Below are positions 1 to 9,209 of a stretch of 64,000 nt of DNA, in pieces. How positions within the stretch are numbered: the first letter of the stretch is position 1; every line of letters starts with the position of its first letter. The stretch spans positions 2,703 through 66,702 of the forward strand of contig CAWHIM010000042.1 of the NCBI GenBank assembly GCA_963829245.1. Direction: 5' to 3'. The position numbers were made by a program, and so were the translations under genes. The notes under the pieces were generated by a model. It was not told the DNA's origin and made no database searches. It saw only the letters and a list, made by a program, of their open reading frames with translations. Source of the DNA: an uncultured bacterium (lineage in GTDB: Bacteria > Desulfobacterota > Deferrimicrobia > Deferrimicrobiales > Deferrimicrobiaceae).

Positions 1-2045
1 GCATCGTGGTGCTGGCCGCCATCCCCTTCGCGCTGGCCTTTTCCTTCCTGGCGATGGAATATATCGACATCTCCGCCAACCTCATGTCCCTCGGGGGGCT
101 GGCGATCGCCCTCGGCCTCCTGGTGGACGGCGCGGTGGTCATCGTCGAGAACGTCGATCGGACACTCCGGGAGGAAGACCCGGGGGAACCCCTTCCCAAT
201 GTGATTCTCCGGGCGTGCGCGGAGGTGGCGCGCCCCATCGTCCTCTCGCTGCTCATCATCGTGATCGTATTCCTGCCCCTGTTCACCCTGCAGGGAGTGG
301 AGGGGAAGACATTTCGTCCGCTGGCGCAGACGATGGCGCTGGGGATGTTCGGTTCTCTGTTGTTTGCCGTCTTCCTGACGCCGGTCCTTGCCAGCCTTCT
401 TATGCGCAGACCGCGGCACGCGTCCGGGGAGCAGCACAAGGAGTTCATCGTCGTCCGGTGGATGCAGGCGGCGTACCGGCCGCTGGTGACCTTTTTCGTC
501 CGCAAGCCGCATGCCGCCATGGGAATGGCCTTGGGCCTCCTGGTGGTCGGAGGACTCCTGTTTACCCGCCTGGGTTCGGAATTCGTCCCGCGGCTGAACG
601 AGGGGGATCTCCTGGTCCGGGCCACGATGGCGCCATCGATCTCTCTGGAGGAGTCCAGGGACACGATGCTCCGGTTCGAGCGCCGGCTCATGGCGAAGTT
701 CCCGGAAGTGACCACGGTGGTGACCCGCGTGGGCCGCGGCGAAGTGGGAGCCCACGCCGATCCGGTCAATTCCGCAGAGGCATTCGTCGCCCTGAAAGCG
801 CAGGACCAGTGGAAGACCGCGAAAACCCCCGAGGAACTCTTCGACAAAATGAGCGACGAGTTCAGGATATTTCCCGGGGCTGCGTTCAACTTCACGCAAC
901 CGATCGCCGCGGCGGTGGACGAGTTGATCAGCGGCAGCAAGGCGGACCTGGCGATCAAGATCTTCGGCCGGGACATGGAAGTGTTGAAACAGAAGGCGGC
1001 GGAGGTGGAGGCGGTGATCCGGACCGTGCCCGGCGCGGACGATGTCCAGAAGGACCAGGTGACCGGGACGCCCCAGCTCCGCATCACGGTGGACCGGCAG
1101 GCCATCGCACGCCACGGGATCAACGTTGAGAACGTCCAGAGCATTCTCCAGACCGCCGTGGGGGGCGAGAAGGCGGGTCAGATTTTCGAGGGGATTCCCC
1201 GCTTCGACATTGTCGTCCGGTACGCCCACGGGAGCAGAAGCACGGCGGAGGCGATCAGCCGGATCCTGGTGACCGCGCCGGGCGGGCAGAAGGTGCCGCT
1301 GTCCGATCTGGCGAGGATCGAGGAAATCGTGGGTCCCCGGCAGATCACCCGGGAGGACAACCAGCGGTTCATCACGGTGCAATGCAACGTACGCGGCCGG
1401 GACATCGGATCGTTCGTCCTGGACGGCCAGAAGGCGATCGAGGAGAAGGTCAAGATGCCCCCTGGATACCTGGTGAACTGGGGAGGGCAGTTCAAACTAC
1501 AGCAGGAAGCCAACAAGCGCCTGGCATTGGTCGTTCCCGTCACGCTCCTGATCGTGTTCCTTCTGCTCTTCTCGGCATTCAACTCGTTGAAGAACTCCCT
1601 GCTGATCCTCCTGAACATTCCTCTGGCTCTGGTGGGGGGAGTGGCAGGGTTGTGGATTACCGGTCAAAATCTGTCGGTCCCCGCGTCGGTGGGTTTCATC
1701 GCCCTCTTCGGGATCGCCCTCGCCAACGGGATGGTGCTGGTGACCTACCTGAACCAGTTGCTGCGGGAGGGAGTCCCCATGGAGGAGACGTGCATTCGCG
1801 GGGCATGCCTCCGGTTGCGCCCGGTCCTCATGACGGCGTTGGCGGCGGGTCTGGGCCTGGTGCCGATGGTTCTGTCGCATGGGACGGGGAGCGAGGTGCA
1901 GCGGCCGCTTGCGACCGTGGTCATCGGGGGACTAATCACGTCCACCATCCTGACCTTGCTGGTCATCCCGGCGGTTTACAGGTGGTTCGCCGCCGACGTG
2001 GAGAAGGAGAACAATTTTAAGTCCCGAATGGAGGGAAGCCGATGA
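1..2045 (+). CDS. heavy-metal efflux RND permease (CzcA/CusA family), 5'-truncated at window edge
   Basis: 679-aa ORF open to window start; C-terminal half of a 12-TM RND pump with HME-type periplasmic/TM sequence pattern. Confidence 0.85.
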   Translation, partial: IVVLAAIPFALAFSFLAMEYIDISANLMSLGGLAIALGLLVDGAVVIVENVDRTLREEDPGEPLPNVILRACAEVARPIVLSLLIIVIVFLPLFTLQGVEGKTFRPLAQTMALGMFGSLLFAVFLTPVLASLLMRRPRHASGEQHKEFIVVRWMQAAYRPLVTFFVRKPHAAMGMALGLLVVGGLLFTRLGSEFVPRLNEGDLLVRATMAPSISLEESRDTMLRFERRLMAKFPEVTTVVTRVGRGEVGAHADPVNSAEAFVALKAQDQWKTAKTPEELFDKMSDEFRIFPGAAFNFTQPIAAAVDELISGSKADLAIKIFGRDMEVLKQKAAEVEAVIRTVPGADDVQKDQVTGTPQLRITVDRQAIARHGINVENVQSILQTAVGGEKAGQIFEGIPRFDIVVRYAHGSRSTAEAISRILVTAPGGQKVPLSDLARIEEIVGPRQITREDNQRFITVQCNVRGRDIGSFVLDGQKAIEEKVKMPPGYLVNWGGQFKLQQEANKRLALVVPVTLLIVFLLLFSAFNSLKNSLLILLNIPLALVGGVAGLWITGQNLSVPASVGFIALFGIALANGMVLVTYLNQLLREGVPMEETCIRGACLRLRPVLMTALAAGLGLVPMVLSHGTGSEVQRPLATVVIGGLITSTILTLLVIPAVYRWFAADVEKENNFKSRMEGSR

Positions 2046-2383
2046 AGGAAATCAAGGCGTACATCAAGCCGCACATGCTTTCGAAAGTCACCAGGGCCTT
2101 ACAGAAGATCGAAGGGCTCACCGGGATGAGCGTCGTCGACGTCCGGGGGTTCGGGCGGGGGAGGGCGAAAGGGGCACCTCGCGGGACCGACGAAGATCTC
2201 CTGGATTACTCGCTGTGCATGAAGATCGAGATCATCTGCAAGGATGAAAGAGTGGAAGAAATCGTGTCCCTGATCGAGAAGACGGCCCATACGGGTCTTC
2301 GGGGCGACGGCAAGATCTTCGTCGCTCCGGTGGAGATGGCGGTCCGCATCAGCACGGGGGAGCGCGGCGAGAAGGCTATATGA
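2042..2383 (+). CDS. P-II (GlnB-like) family signal transduction protein
   Basis: 113 aa; GlnB-like motifs (GMSVVDVRGFGRG..., GDGKIFV); ATGA overlap with upstream RND stop. Confidence 0.8.
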   Translation: MKEIKAYIKPHMLSKVTRALQKIEGLTGMSVVDVRGFGRGRAKGAPRGTDEDLLDYSLCMKIEIICKDERVEEIVSLIEKTAHTGLRGDGKIFVAPVEMAVRISTGERGEKAI

Positions 2384-2424
2384 AAAACCGTTTTGGACAA
2401 TGAACCGCTTTCCGCCGAACCGCT

Positions 2425-3144
2425 TTACGCCAGACCGCCGATAAACGGTCTGATGATGAAGTAAACCCCGAGCCCCGCGATCGCCACGCCGGCGGCGCGA
2501 CGGACCCACTGCCCCCCCGATTGGAAACGGCTGTTTTCCAGGAGACGCCGGACCAGGGCGGTACTGGATCCGGCCACCGCGATCGGGATGCAGTGGCCGA
2601 TGCCGAACAACACGATGAACAGGATCCCTGTAGCGATCTTCTGTTGAATGGTGATGATGGCCAAGATCGGCGCGATAAAGCCGAAGGTGCACGATCCGGA
2701 CAATACCCCATAGGCCAGACCGAGGAAAAAGGCTCCGCCGATTCCCCGAACCCGCAGCCGCGCCATCAGGCCGCCGCCCCCGGACATGGAGCACGCCTGC
2801 ACGCCCAGCATCCCCAGGGCCACCCAGATCAAAACGGCCCCCACCAGGATCGTCCACCAGGACCCGACGTCCCCGAGCATGCGCCCCAGCAGCGAGCAGA
2901 CGATTCCCACCAAGGCGATGGTGATGAACAGGCCTCCGGTGAAGGCCGCCGCGTAGGTGGCCGCGCTTTTGGCTCTTACCCCCTGCTCCTGGCCGGCCAC
3001 ATAGCCGACGATCAGCGGAATGGAGGCCATGTGGCAAGGGCTCAACGCCACGCTGACCATCCCCCAGAGCAAACATCCGATGGCCGCAACGACCAACCCT
3101 CCGGTCATCCATTGGTTCACCGTCAGCAGAAATTGGTCCACCAT
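2425..3144 (-). CDS. ccdA: cytochrome c biogenesis protein CcdA / DsbD transmembrane domain
   Basis: Multi-TM protein with conserved Cys in TM helices; start chosen at MVDQF with AAAGGAGAA RBS; upstream part of the long ORF is low-complexity. Confidence 0.75.
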   Translation of the reverse strand: MVDQFLLTVNQWMTGGLVVAAIGCLLWGMVSVALSPCHMASIPLIVGYVAGQEQGVRAKSAATYAAAFTGGLFITIALVGIVCSLLGRMLGDVGSWWTILVGAVLIWVALGMLGVQACSMSGGGGLMARLRVRGIGGAFFLGLAYGVLSGSCTFGFIAPILAIITIQQKIATGILFIVLFGIGHCIPIAVAGSSTALVRRLLENSRFQSGGQWVRRAAGVAIAGLGVYFIIRPFIGGLA

Positions 3145-3160
3145 ATCGATTTGTTCTCCT

Positions 3161-3589
3161 TTAGGAGACGCCAAGCTTGGACAGGATGTCGACGATCCGT
3201 TGTTTGTCCATAAACCCGATATGTCGGAAAACCTCCTTGCCTTTTTCATCAAAGAATATCTGGGTGGGAATCGTTTGTATTCCGTATACTTTCGCTTGTG
3301 CCGGATCTTTCCACACATCGATAAACAAGATATCGGCTTTTCCGGCATACTGGATTTTCAACTCCGCGAGAATGGGCGCCATCATCTTGCAGGGGATGCA
3401 TTCGGTCGCTCCCAGATCGATCATGGTGACTCTACCGGTACCGGGTGAAGGCAGCGGGGTGCTTTGCGCCTGCAGGCCGACAGTTCCTGACGGATTGGTC
3501 CCGGGACGGGATTCCGTCACGGCGTAAACAACCACCACGGCGATAAAGGCAAGCACTCCGATCATCCACCATTTCCTGTTCCGCTTCAT
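3161..3589 (-). CDS. membrane-anchored thioredoxin-like protein (TlpA/ResA family, CxxC)
   Basis: N-terminal TM anchor, thioredoxin fold with CIPC active site; directly upstream of ccdA in the same operon. Confidence 0.8.
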   Translation of the reverse strand: MKRNRKWWMIGVLAFIAVVVVYAVTESRPGTNPSGTVGLQAQSTPLPSPGTGRVTMIDLGATECIPCKMMAPILAELKIQYAGKADILFIDVWKDPAQAKVYGIQTIPTQIFFDEKGKEVFRHIGFMDKQRIVDILSKLGVS

Positions 3590-3662
3590 TCATGGCGACT
3601 CCCATTCGAGTGAGTTATGAGGCAGGAAACTCCCCCCTGGCGGTTCCCCGCCGGACGCCTTC

Positions 3663-3690
3663 ATGTATATCGTCAAATAGGAATATAGCG
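3663..3690. promoter_or_regulatory. degenerate copy of the ATATCGTCAAATA... operator-like motif, in the promoter region of the tlpA-ccdA operon
   Basis: atgtatatcgtcaaataggaatatag resembles the motif found upstream of arsR, the PIG-L gene and arsD. Confidence 0.3.
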
Positions 3691-3890
3691 TAGTGACGCC
3701 ATCCTGTCAAAGACATTTGCGGATTACGGGCGTTCGCATCACCCATGCCGGGTTGCGATTTCCTTACCCCTTCAACTTGCGGTACAGGGGAGAGAGCCTC
3801 GAACGGTAGATCTCCCGGATGGTTTCCTCATCGTCCACCTCTTTTCAAGAAAACCGCCCTCTTCGGTCGTCGGCGGTGAATTCCGGGGGA

Positions 3891-4842
3891 TCACCGGAGG
3901 ATCCCCCGGACGACGACATCCACCGCTTCCTCTTCCGTCAGTCCCCGGGCCATCAGCGTCTCGACCTGCTTCTTGTCCACGCTCCCGATGGCCGCCTCGT
4001 GCGTCAGTTTGGCGCGGTCGTCGGTCACGAGGAGCCTCGGGACGGCGCTGACGCGCGCATCCTTCCCCTTCACGATCTCCACGCAGTCGACGTGGCCCCT
4101 CGCACCCGGCGCGTTCCCGACCGCTTCCCCGACGACCTCGCTCACGCAATGGTCGGAGGCGACGATCCGGCTCTTCGCCAGTCCTCTCGCCTTCTCCCCG
4201 TTCAGGAACAGGGACTCCTTGACGCGGATCGCATCATTCTTTTTCCCGTAGACCCGGGCGTCCAGCTCGCAAGTGGCGTCCTTTCCGATGTCGGCCTCGT
4301 AGTCGATCCGCAGCTCCCCGGCCGCTCCCTGGACGAGTTTGAACAGGCTTCGGTAGGACCCTCCCTCGTCGATGGTGATCCTCGCCGTGGGCAACACCTC
4401 GACTCCGCCCTCTTCGCCGTGGTAATGCGTTTCCGAATATTCGAGAGCGGCATGTTTCCCCACGTGGATCCGCGCGTCCATCACGTGGCGGACCTTCACG
4501 GCGTTCGGGAACATGCAATGCGCGAGAAAGCTTGCTTTCGCGCCTTCCCCCACGAGGAATTCCGAGACGATCTCCTGCGTGCCTTCCTTCGGGAGGACGC
4601 CGAAGCACAGGTGGACCGGGTGCTCGACGTGGACCCCGGGATCGACCGTGATCTTCGCCCTGACGCCGGTCGGGGTCTCCTCTCCCTCGATGTGGACTCC
4701 GGGGGCGTCGTTGCTGCGAAGGATCCTCCGATGGCTCACCATCAGCCCGGCGATTTTTCCGTCGGAGAGTGACGGCCGGGTCGCCGCCGCTCGCCTCGTA
4801 CGCCTTGGACATCGCCAGGAATTCCTTCGTAGAGTCACTCAT
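3891..4842 (-). CDS. SufB/SufD family Fe-S cluster assembly protein (one apparent frameshift near 4750)
   Basis: SufBD-family sequence. N-terminus MSDSTKEFLAMSKAYEASGGDPAVTL overlaps the sufC stop (ATGA-type coupling), then the reading frame shifts. Confidence 0.7.
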
Positions 4843-5584
4843 GGAGCAGGACCTCCCCGGGAGGCGTGCTCCCATGGGGGCACTCCCGGCAATGGTTCTG
4901 GAAAAAGCGGCCGATGGCGAGGGGATCGCCGGTCTTCAGGATGGTGCCACCGCACAAGGAGGAAGCCCGGTCCGCCGATGCGGCGATTTCGTTCTGGTGG
5001 GTGATCAGGAGCACGGAGGCCCCGTTCTTCGCAAGGATTCGCACGGCGTCCAGAATCCGGTTCAGGGAGAGCGCGTCGATGCCGGAGTCCGGTTCGTCCA
5101 GGATGGAGAGCCTGGGGCCCATCGAGAGGATGGATGCCAGCTCTACGCGTTTCCGCTCCCCGCCGCTCAAGGTGGCGTCGACGGTTCGCTGGAGATACCT
5201 GTCCGGCGGAAGGCCCACCATGACGAGGCATTCGCCCGGAGAAGGGCCGCTGCCAGGAGAGCCGTGCCTTCCCAGTTCCAGGTATTCCCGGACCGTCAGG
5301 CCCTCGAACCGGGCGGGTTCCTGCCAGGCAAGGGTGATGCCTCGTTTCGCCCGATCCGAGATGGGCAAGGCGGTGATCTCCTCGCCCCAGAAGAAGACTT
5401 TCCCGGACGTCGGGGAAAACCCGGATAGGCCCATGATGACCGAGGAAAGGGTCGACTTGCCGGACCCGTTCATCCCGAGGATCGCGTGGATTTCCCCGGG
5501 GAGCACGTGCAGGTTGAGATCGTGAAGGATCGGTTTGCCCCCGACGGACATTCCGACGTCGATAAGGTCCAGCACGGAGATCAC
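4835..5584 (-). CDS. sufC: Fe-S cluster assembly ATPase SufC
   Basis: ABC ATPase with Walker A GMNGSGKST, signature LSGGERKR and D-loop ILDEPDSG; SufC-type N-terminus. Confidence 0.85.
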   Translation of the reverse strand: MISVLDLIDVGMSVGGKPILHDLNLHVLPGEIHAILGMNGSGKSTLSSVIMGLSGFSPTSGKVFFWGEEITALPISDRAKRGITLAWQEPARFEGLTVREYLELGRHGSPGSGPSPGECLVMVGLPPDRYLQRTVDATLSGGERKRVELASILSMGPRLSILDEPDSGIDALSLNRILDAVRILAKNGASVLLITHQNEIAASADRASSLCGGTILKTGDPLAIGRFFQNHCRECPHGSTPPGEVLLHE

Positions 5585-5634
5585 CGCCCCTCGGCGCTTC
5601 GGGAAATGGGATTCCCGTCAGCGGTTACTCGCCT

Positions 5635-5919
5635 TCAACCCTTCATCGCCTGCCGTGCGATCCGCTCCTTGATGAACGCCGAGAAAGCGGCCTCGTCGGG
5701 GAAGCGGATGGCACCTTCCGGGCACAGTTTTCCGCAGGTGCTGCACTCCACGACGCAGTTGTAAGGGTTTTTCACCCGGGACTTCCCGGCGGCTTCATCG
5801 AGCTCCAGGACGTCGTTCTTGCAGAAATCGACGCAGGTCCGGCACCCCGTGCACTGGTCCGGGTCGATCGTCGGGTACCATGGGATCTCCTCTCTCGGGA
5901 TCCCGCGCCAGGTCTTCAT
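5635..5919 (-). CDS. 2x[4Fe-4S] ferredoxin
   Basis: Two CxxCxxC..CP motifs (CTGCRTCVDFC, CVVECSTCGKLCP); 94 aa. Confidence 0.75.
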   Translation of the reverse strand: MKTWRGIPREEIPWYPTIDPDQCTGCRTCVDFCKNDVLELDEAAGKSRVKNPYNCVVECSTCGKLCPEGAIRFPDEAAFSAFIKERIARQAMKG

Positions 5920-5931
5920 GGCTGCCTCCGG

Positions 5932-6291
5932 TCAGGCGGCATTGGCGACCATCCCCTTGATCGCCTCGACGGCCTCTTCCGTGGTCTTGTTCCGGATGTC
6001 GAGAGGCACCATCCGGGACTTGTCGAACCCCGCGGCATCGAGCGCATCCCGGAACATCTTCTCCTGCATCCGCGGGTCGCACGCGGCGATGTACAGCCTG
6101 TCCGTATCCTTCCCCGCCAGCAGGACCTTGAGGAATTCCTCGCCGTCCCCGACGCAGAGCTGCGGGTGCAGGCACACGTAATCGAAGATCTTCTCCCTGC
6201 GGATATCGGAGAGCACATTCATGATGTCCATCTTCTTGAAGCTCGGGCAGGTCCCCTGGCAGTTGCAAAGAATGAATCCCTTCTTTCCCAT
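5932..6291 (-). CDS. small Cys-rich putative iron-sulfur protein (MvhD/FlpD-like?)
   Basis: 119 aa with FILCNCQGTCP and later Cys motifs loosely resembling the hydrogenase delta-subunit family; assignment tentative. Confidence 0.4.
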   Translation of the reverse strand: MGKKGFILCNCQGTCPSFKKMDIMNVLSDIRREKIFDYVCLHPQLCVGDGEEFLKVLLAGKDTDRLYIAACDPRMQEKMFRDALDAAGFDKSRMVPLDIRNKTTEEAVEAIKGMVANAA

Positions 6292-6463
6292 GGCGAACTC
6301 CTTTCTGCCCCATCAAACGTTATATCTGCATCCGTAGATATGATGCACGGGAAAGCGGAAAAGATCAACAATAATGCGACACGGAGTAATAGCGATGAGG
6401 CCCGAGGTAAGACGGAGGATTAGCGGGAATAAGTGTCTGAAAGGATTGGAGGAATATCGTCCG

Positions 6464-6934
6464 TTATCTTTCGTCCCCGTGGCCGAAGAGGACCTTCAGG
6501 CGGCGGTGGAGTTCGTCGCGGACGGATCGGAACGCATTGAGGCGGGTTTCTTCTGTTCCGGTGACGCACGCCGGGTCGGGAAGCCCCCAGTGGACACGGT
6601 GCGCCTTCCCGAGGAATACGGGGCAGACCTCCTCGGCGCAGAGGGTGATCACGGCGTCGACGGACCCGGCGTCGATGGAATCCAGCCCCTTGGATCGGTG
6701 ACCTGAGATGTCGATGCCGATCTCCTTGAGGACCTGGATCGCCTGCGGGCGGACAGGGGAGGGGGACGATCCGGCGGAAGAGACCGTTACCCCTTGAGAA
6801 GCGAGAGAGCGGGCGATCCCCTCGGCCATCTGGCTCCTCGCGGAGTTGGCGACGCAAAGGAACAGGATGTGTCGCGGCCGTTTCGCCTGGAGTTCCGCGG
6901 CCTCGGTCCTCCAGTCCGCGGGTCGAGCACTCAT
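6464..6934 (-). CDS. arsC: arsenate reductase, LMW protein-tyrosine-phosphatase (thioredoxin-coupled) type
   Basis: P-loop CVANSARS plus downstream Cys residues; start MSARP overlaps the arsR stop (ATGA); the long upstream ORF extension is an artefact. Confidence 0.85.
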   Translation of the reverse strand: MSARPADWRTEAAELQAKRPRHILFLCVANSARSQMAEGIARSLASQGVTVSSAGSSPSPVRPQAIQVLKEIGIDISGHRSKGLDSIDAGSVDAVITLCAEEVCPVFLGKAHRVHWGLPDPACVTGTEETRLNAFRSVRDELHRRLKVLFGHGDER

Positions 6935-7332
6935 CGCTTTGCCGCCGGACGCCGCCGGCCGGGCAGGGTCATCTTTCGCTCGCAGATCGCCATTGGGCCG
7001 ATCGACCTCGCCATTGCCGCCCGCTCCCGGTCTTTCGCGACGACCGGATCGTCGTTCAGCCAACTCCGGAGGTTCCGCAGCATACGTGTGGCATACGGGG
7101 AGTCGTTCCCGCGGTCCAACGAATAGTGGACCCATTTCCTGTCCCGCCGGTCCTTGATGAGTCCCGCTGCCCGGAGCAGGAAGAGGTGCTTCGACACGGT
7201 GGACTGCCCGAGGGAGAGGATCGCGATGACCTGGCAGACGCACATCTCCCCGCCTTCGAGGATCTTGAGGATCCGGACCCGGGTAGGGTCCGCGACGGCC
7301 TTCAAAACGGTCTCGTAATCGCGCAGTCCCAT
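6931..7332 (-). CDS. arsR: ArsR/SmtB family metalloregulator
   Basis: wHTH with metal-binding-site-like EMCVCQV; first gene of the arsR-arsC pair. Confidence 0.85.
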   Translation of the reverse strand: MGLRDYETVLKAVADPTRVRILKILEGGEMCVCQVIAILSLGQSTVSKHLFLLRAAGLIKDRRDRKWVHYSLDRGNDSPYATRMLRNLRSWLNDDPVVAKDRERAAMARSIGPMAICERKMTLPGRRRPAAKR

Positions 7333-7343
7333 CTGTCGTCTCC

Positions 7344-7369
7344 CATATCGTCAATGACCGAATTGAAAG
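7344..7369. promoter_or_regulatory. putative ArsR operator/promoter motif (copy upstream of arsR itself)
   Basis: catatcgtcaatgaccgaattgaaag: inverted repeat GTCAA-N8-TTGAA related to the other copies. Confidence 0.45.
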
Positions 7370-7439
7370 ATCGTCCCGCCGGAGCGACTATCCTTCACGA
7401 CTATCTTACACGTTCCCTTATTCGCCGGGCAAGGAGGCA

Positions 7440-7553
7440 GATACGGCCGTAGTCGGACCGCCGGAGGAAGGAAATGGCCGCGAAGGCGACACCCGGTTCG
7501 CGCCTTCCCGACACGGCCGCGAGAGGCGCCAAGCCCACCGTTACGATGACCAT
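7440..7553 (-). pseudogene. remnant 5' end of a TauE/SafE-like gene (duplicate of 12091-12474)
   Basis: Encodes ..TMVIVTVGLAPLAAVSG.., matching METIIVVTAGL.. of the full copy; homology is lost after ~35 codons. Confidence 0.45.
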
Positions 7554-7578
7554 GGTATCCACGGCATCCTCATCCCTT

Positions 7579-7633
7579 TGACATATCGTCATTTAACGAA
7601 TTGACATTATAGGGCGCGGGATAAATAATATCC
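7579..7633 (+). promoter_or_regulatory. operator/promoter cassette copy 1 (TTGACA -35 at 7601-7606, AT-rich -10)
   Basis: tgacatatcgtcatttaacgaattgacattatagggcgcgggataaataatat, near-identical to the copies at 12493 and 13629. Confidence 0.5.
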
Positions 7634-7754
7634 ACCAGCCTGATATTTCTTGAAACGGTAATTCGGGCGCCCTGAGAATCGGAATGTGTTTGCACCTGCC
7701 CACTCGTCCTGGAATCCGGAAGATCCGCCGGGATTCCGGTATGAAACGTAAGGT

Positions 7755-7900
7755 GTGACCCTCGCGCCCCACAGGATTCTTGCGATATTTGCTCATCCGG
7801 ACGACGAAACATTCATGGCCGGAGTGTCCCTGACGAAGTATGCGGATGCCGGTTGGGAGTATCCGTGCTTTGCGCGACGCACGGCGAGGCCGGACGTCGA
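7755..7900 (+). pseudogene. truncated, frameshifted 5' fragment of a PIG-L family deacetylase gene (duplicate of 12678-13385)
   Basis: RILAIFAHPDDETFMAG..LTKYADAGWE matches the intact paralog; a 1-nt deletion then shifts frame and homology ends by ~7900. Confidence 0.55.
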
Positions 7901-8012
7901 GGAGACTCCAACCGTGCAGGGGAGAACATCTTCCGTGTCCCATTGGTGTCCACATTTCTCATATGGAAGTTGTTCGGGGGAAAGACAGGCAAAACAATAA
8001 TTATAGTATATA

Positions 8013-8024
8013 CAGCATATGCTG
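8013..8024. promoter_or_regulatory. perfect 12-bp palindrome CAGCATATGCTG in an AT-rich island upstream of the Cys-rich AbrB-like gene
   Basis: Self-complementary 12-mer inside a ~70-bp AT-rich tract (7990-8045) in an otherwise ~68% GC window. Confidence 0.4.
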
Positions 8025-8073
8025 ATGTTTCAGCAATAGGTGCACAGCATGATTACGGGGGAGGGGAGGAGAG

Positions 8074-8358
8074 ATGGACAAGAAGACAAAAAGCGTTTCC
8101 TGCTGCGGACCGACGGGGAAAAGCTTCGCAGGCTGCCGGGTCGAATCCCTTATTGCGGTCGACGACCGTGGGCAGATGGTGCTTCCCAAGGACCTGCGGG
8201 TCAAGGCAAACATCAAGGGGGGCGACAAACTTGCTGTGATCACCTGGGAGAAGGAGGGGAAGGTGTGCTGCCTCTCGCTGATCAAGGCCGAGGAGTTCGG
8301 CGGAATGATCAAGGGACTGATCGGGCCGTTGATGGGTGACGTGCTCAAGAATATCTGA
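8074..8358 (+). CDS. AbrB/MazE/SpoVT-type DNA-binding protein with Cys-rich N-terminal extension (vicinal CC pairs)
   Basis: C-terminal swapped-hairpin motif DDRGQMVLPKDLRVKANIKGGDKLAV; N-terminus SCCGPTGKSFAGC plus a later VCC pair; GGGAGG RBS; ends 14 nt before arsM. Confidence 0.6.
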   Translation: MDKKTKSVSCCGPTGKSFAGCRVESLIAVDDRGQMVLPKDLRVKANIKGGDKLAVITWEKEGKVCCLSLIKAEEFGGMIKGLIGPLMGDVLKNI

Positions 8359-8371
8359 AGGAGGGATGGAG

Positions 8372-9199
8372 ATGAAAGCTGAAGATATTTTGAAATACGT
8401 GAGGGATCGATATGCCGGCATCGCGAAACAGGAAGGGTCCTGCTGCGGCCCATCCGCATGCTGCGGCGCCCCCGAGGCGGCGGAAGAAGCGAGTGGCCGG
8501 ATCGGTTATACGGAAGGGGAAATGAAATCGGCACCCCGGGAGTCCAACTTGGGACTCGGCTGCGGCAACCCGACAGCGCTTGCTTCCCTGCGGGCAGGGG
8601 AGACCGTTCTGGACCTGGGCTCGGGAGCGGGCTTCGACTGCTTCCTGGCGGCGGGACAGGTCGGTCACGGAGGGAAAGTCATTGGCGTCGACATGACCGC
8701 GGAGATGATTCAAAAGGCCCGCGAGAACGCCCGAAAGGGCAACCATGAAAACGTCGAATTCCGGTTGGGGGAGATCGAGCATCTGCCGGCTGCCAATGAC
8801 TCCGTGGACATCGTCATCTCCAACTGCGTCATCAACCTTTCTCCGGCCAAGGACAAGGTTTTCGCCGAGGCCTACCGGGTTCTCAAGCGGGGAGGCAGGG
8901 CAATGATCTCGGACATCGTCCTTTCCGGGGATCTGCCGGAAGCTGTTGCCGGTTCCCTGGCCGCTTATGCCGGATGCATCGCCGGGGCGATCCGGGAGGA
9001 AAAATACCTTTGCCTTATGGAAGCAGCGGGGTTCCAAGACGTCCATGTCGTCCAGGAGAGCCGATTTGAAATCGCGGAAATCGAGATTGACGCGTATGCC
9101 TCGAGCATTGCAGGGAATTTCAACATCCTTCCGGAAGCGGTCCGGGAAGCAGCCAGGTCAGTTTTGAGTGTGCAAGTCTTCGGGAGAAAGCCGTCGTAG
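8372..9199 (+). CDS. arsM: arsenite S-adenosylmethionine methyltransferase
   Basis: N-terminal Cys cluster CCGPSACCG, class I SAM-MTase motif LDLGSGAG, downstream conserved Cys residues; AAGGAGGG RBS. Confidence 0.85.
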   Translation: MKAEDILKYVRDRYAGIAKQEGSCCGPSACCGAPEAAEEASGRIGYTEGEMKSAPRESNLGLGCGNPTALASLRAGETVLDLGSGAGFDCFLAAGQVGHGGKVIGVDMTAEMIQKARENARKGNHENVEFRLGEIEHLPAANDSVDIVISNCVINLSPAKDKVFAEAYRVLKRGGRAMISDIVLSGDLPEAVAGSLAAYAGCIAGAIREEKYLCLMEAAGFQDVHVVQESRFEIAEIEIDAYASSIAGNFNILPEAVREAARSVLSVQVFGRKPS

Positions 9200-9209
9200 G
9201 AGGATGCCT

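Larger units (their letters stand above)
7456..7900. repeat. segmental duplication copy A (TauE 5' end + promoter cassette + PIG-L 5' end)
   Basis: Nucleotide-level similarity to 12371-12830 seen by direct alignment of both regions. Confidence 0.6.

Noticed and set aside
215-1880. Long overlapping ORFs (e.g. 215-1129, 1382-2020, 1497-1880) inside and antisense to the RND pump gene
   Set aside because: Low-complexity Arg/Gly/Pro-rich translations typical of alternative frames in high-GC DNA; no homology and no RBS
3161-3589. Selenocysteine in the thioredoxin-like CxxC protein, and likewise in the AhpD-like gene at 13422
   Set aside because: Both active sites are encoded by ordinary TGC/TGT codons; no in-frame TGA
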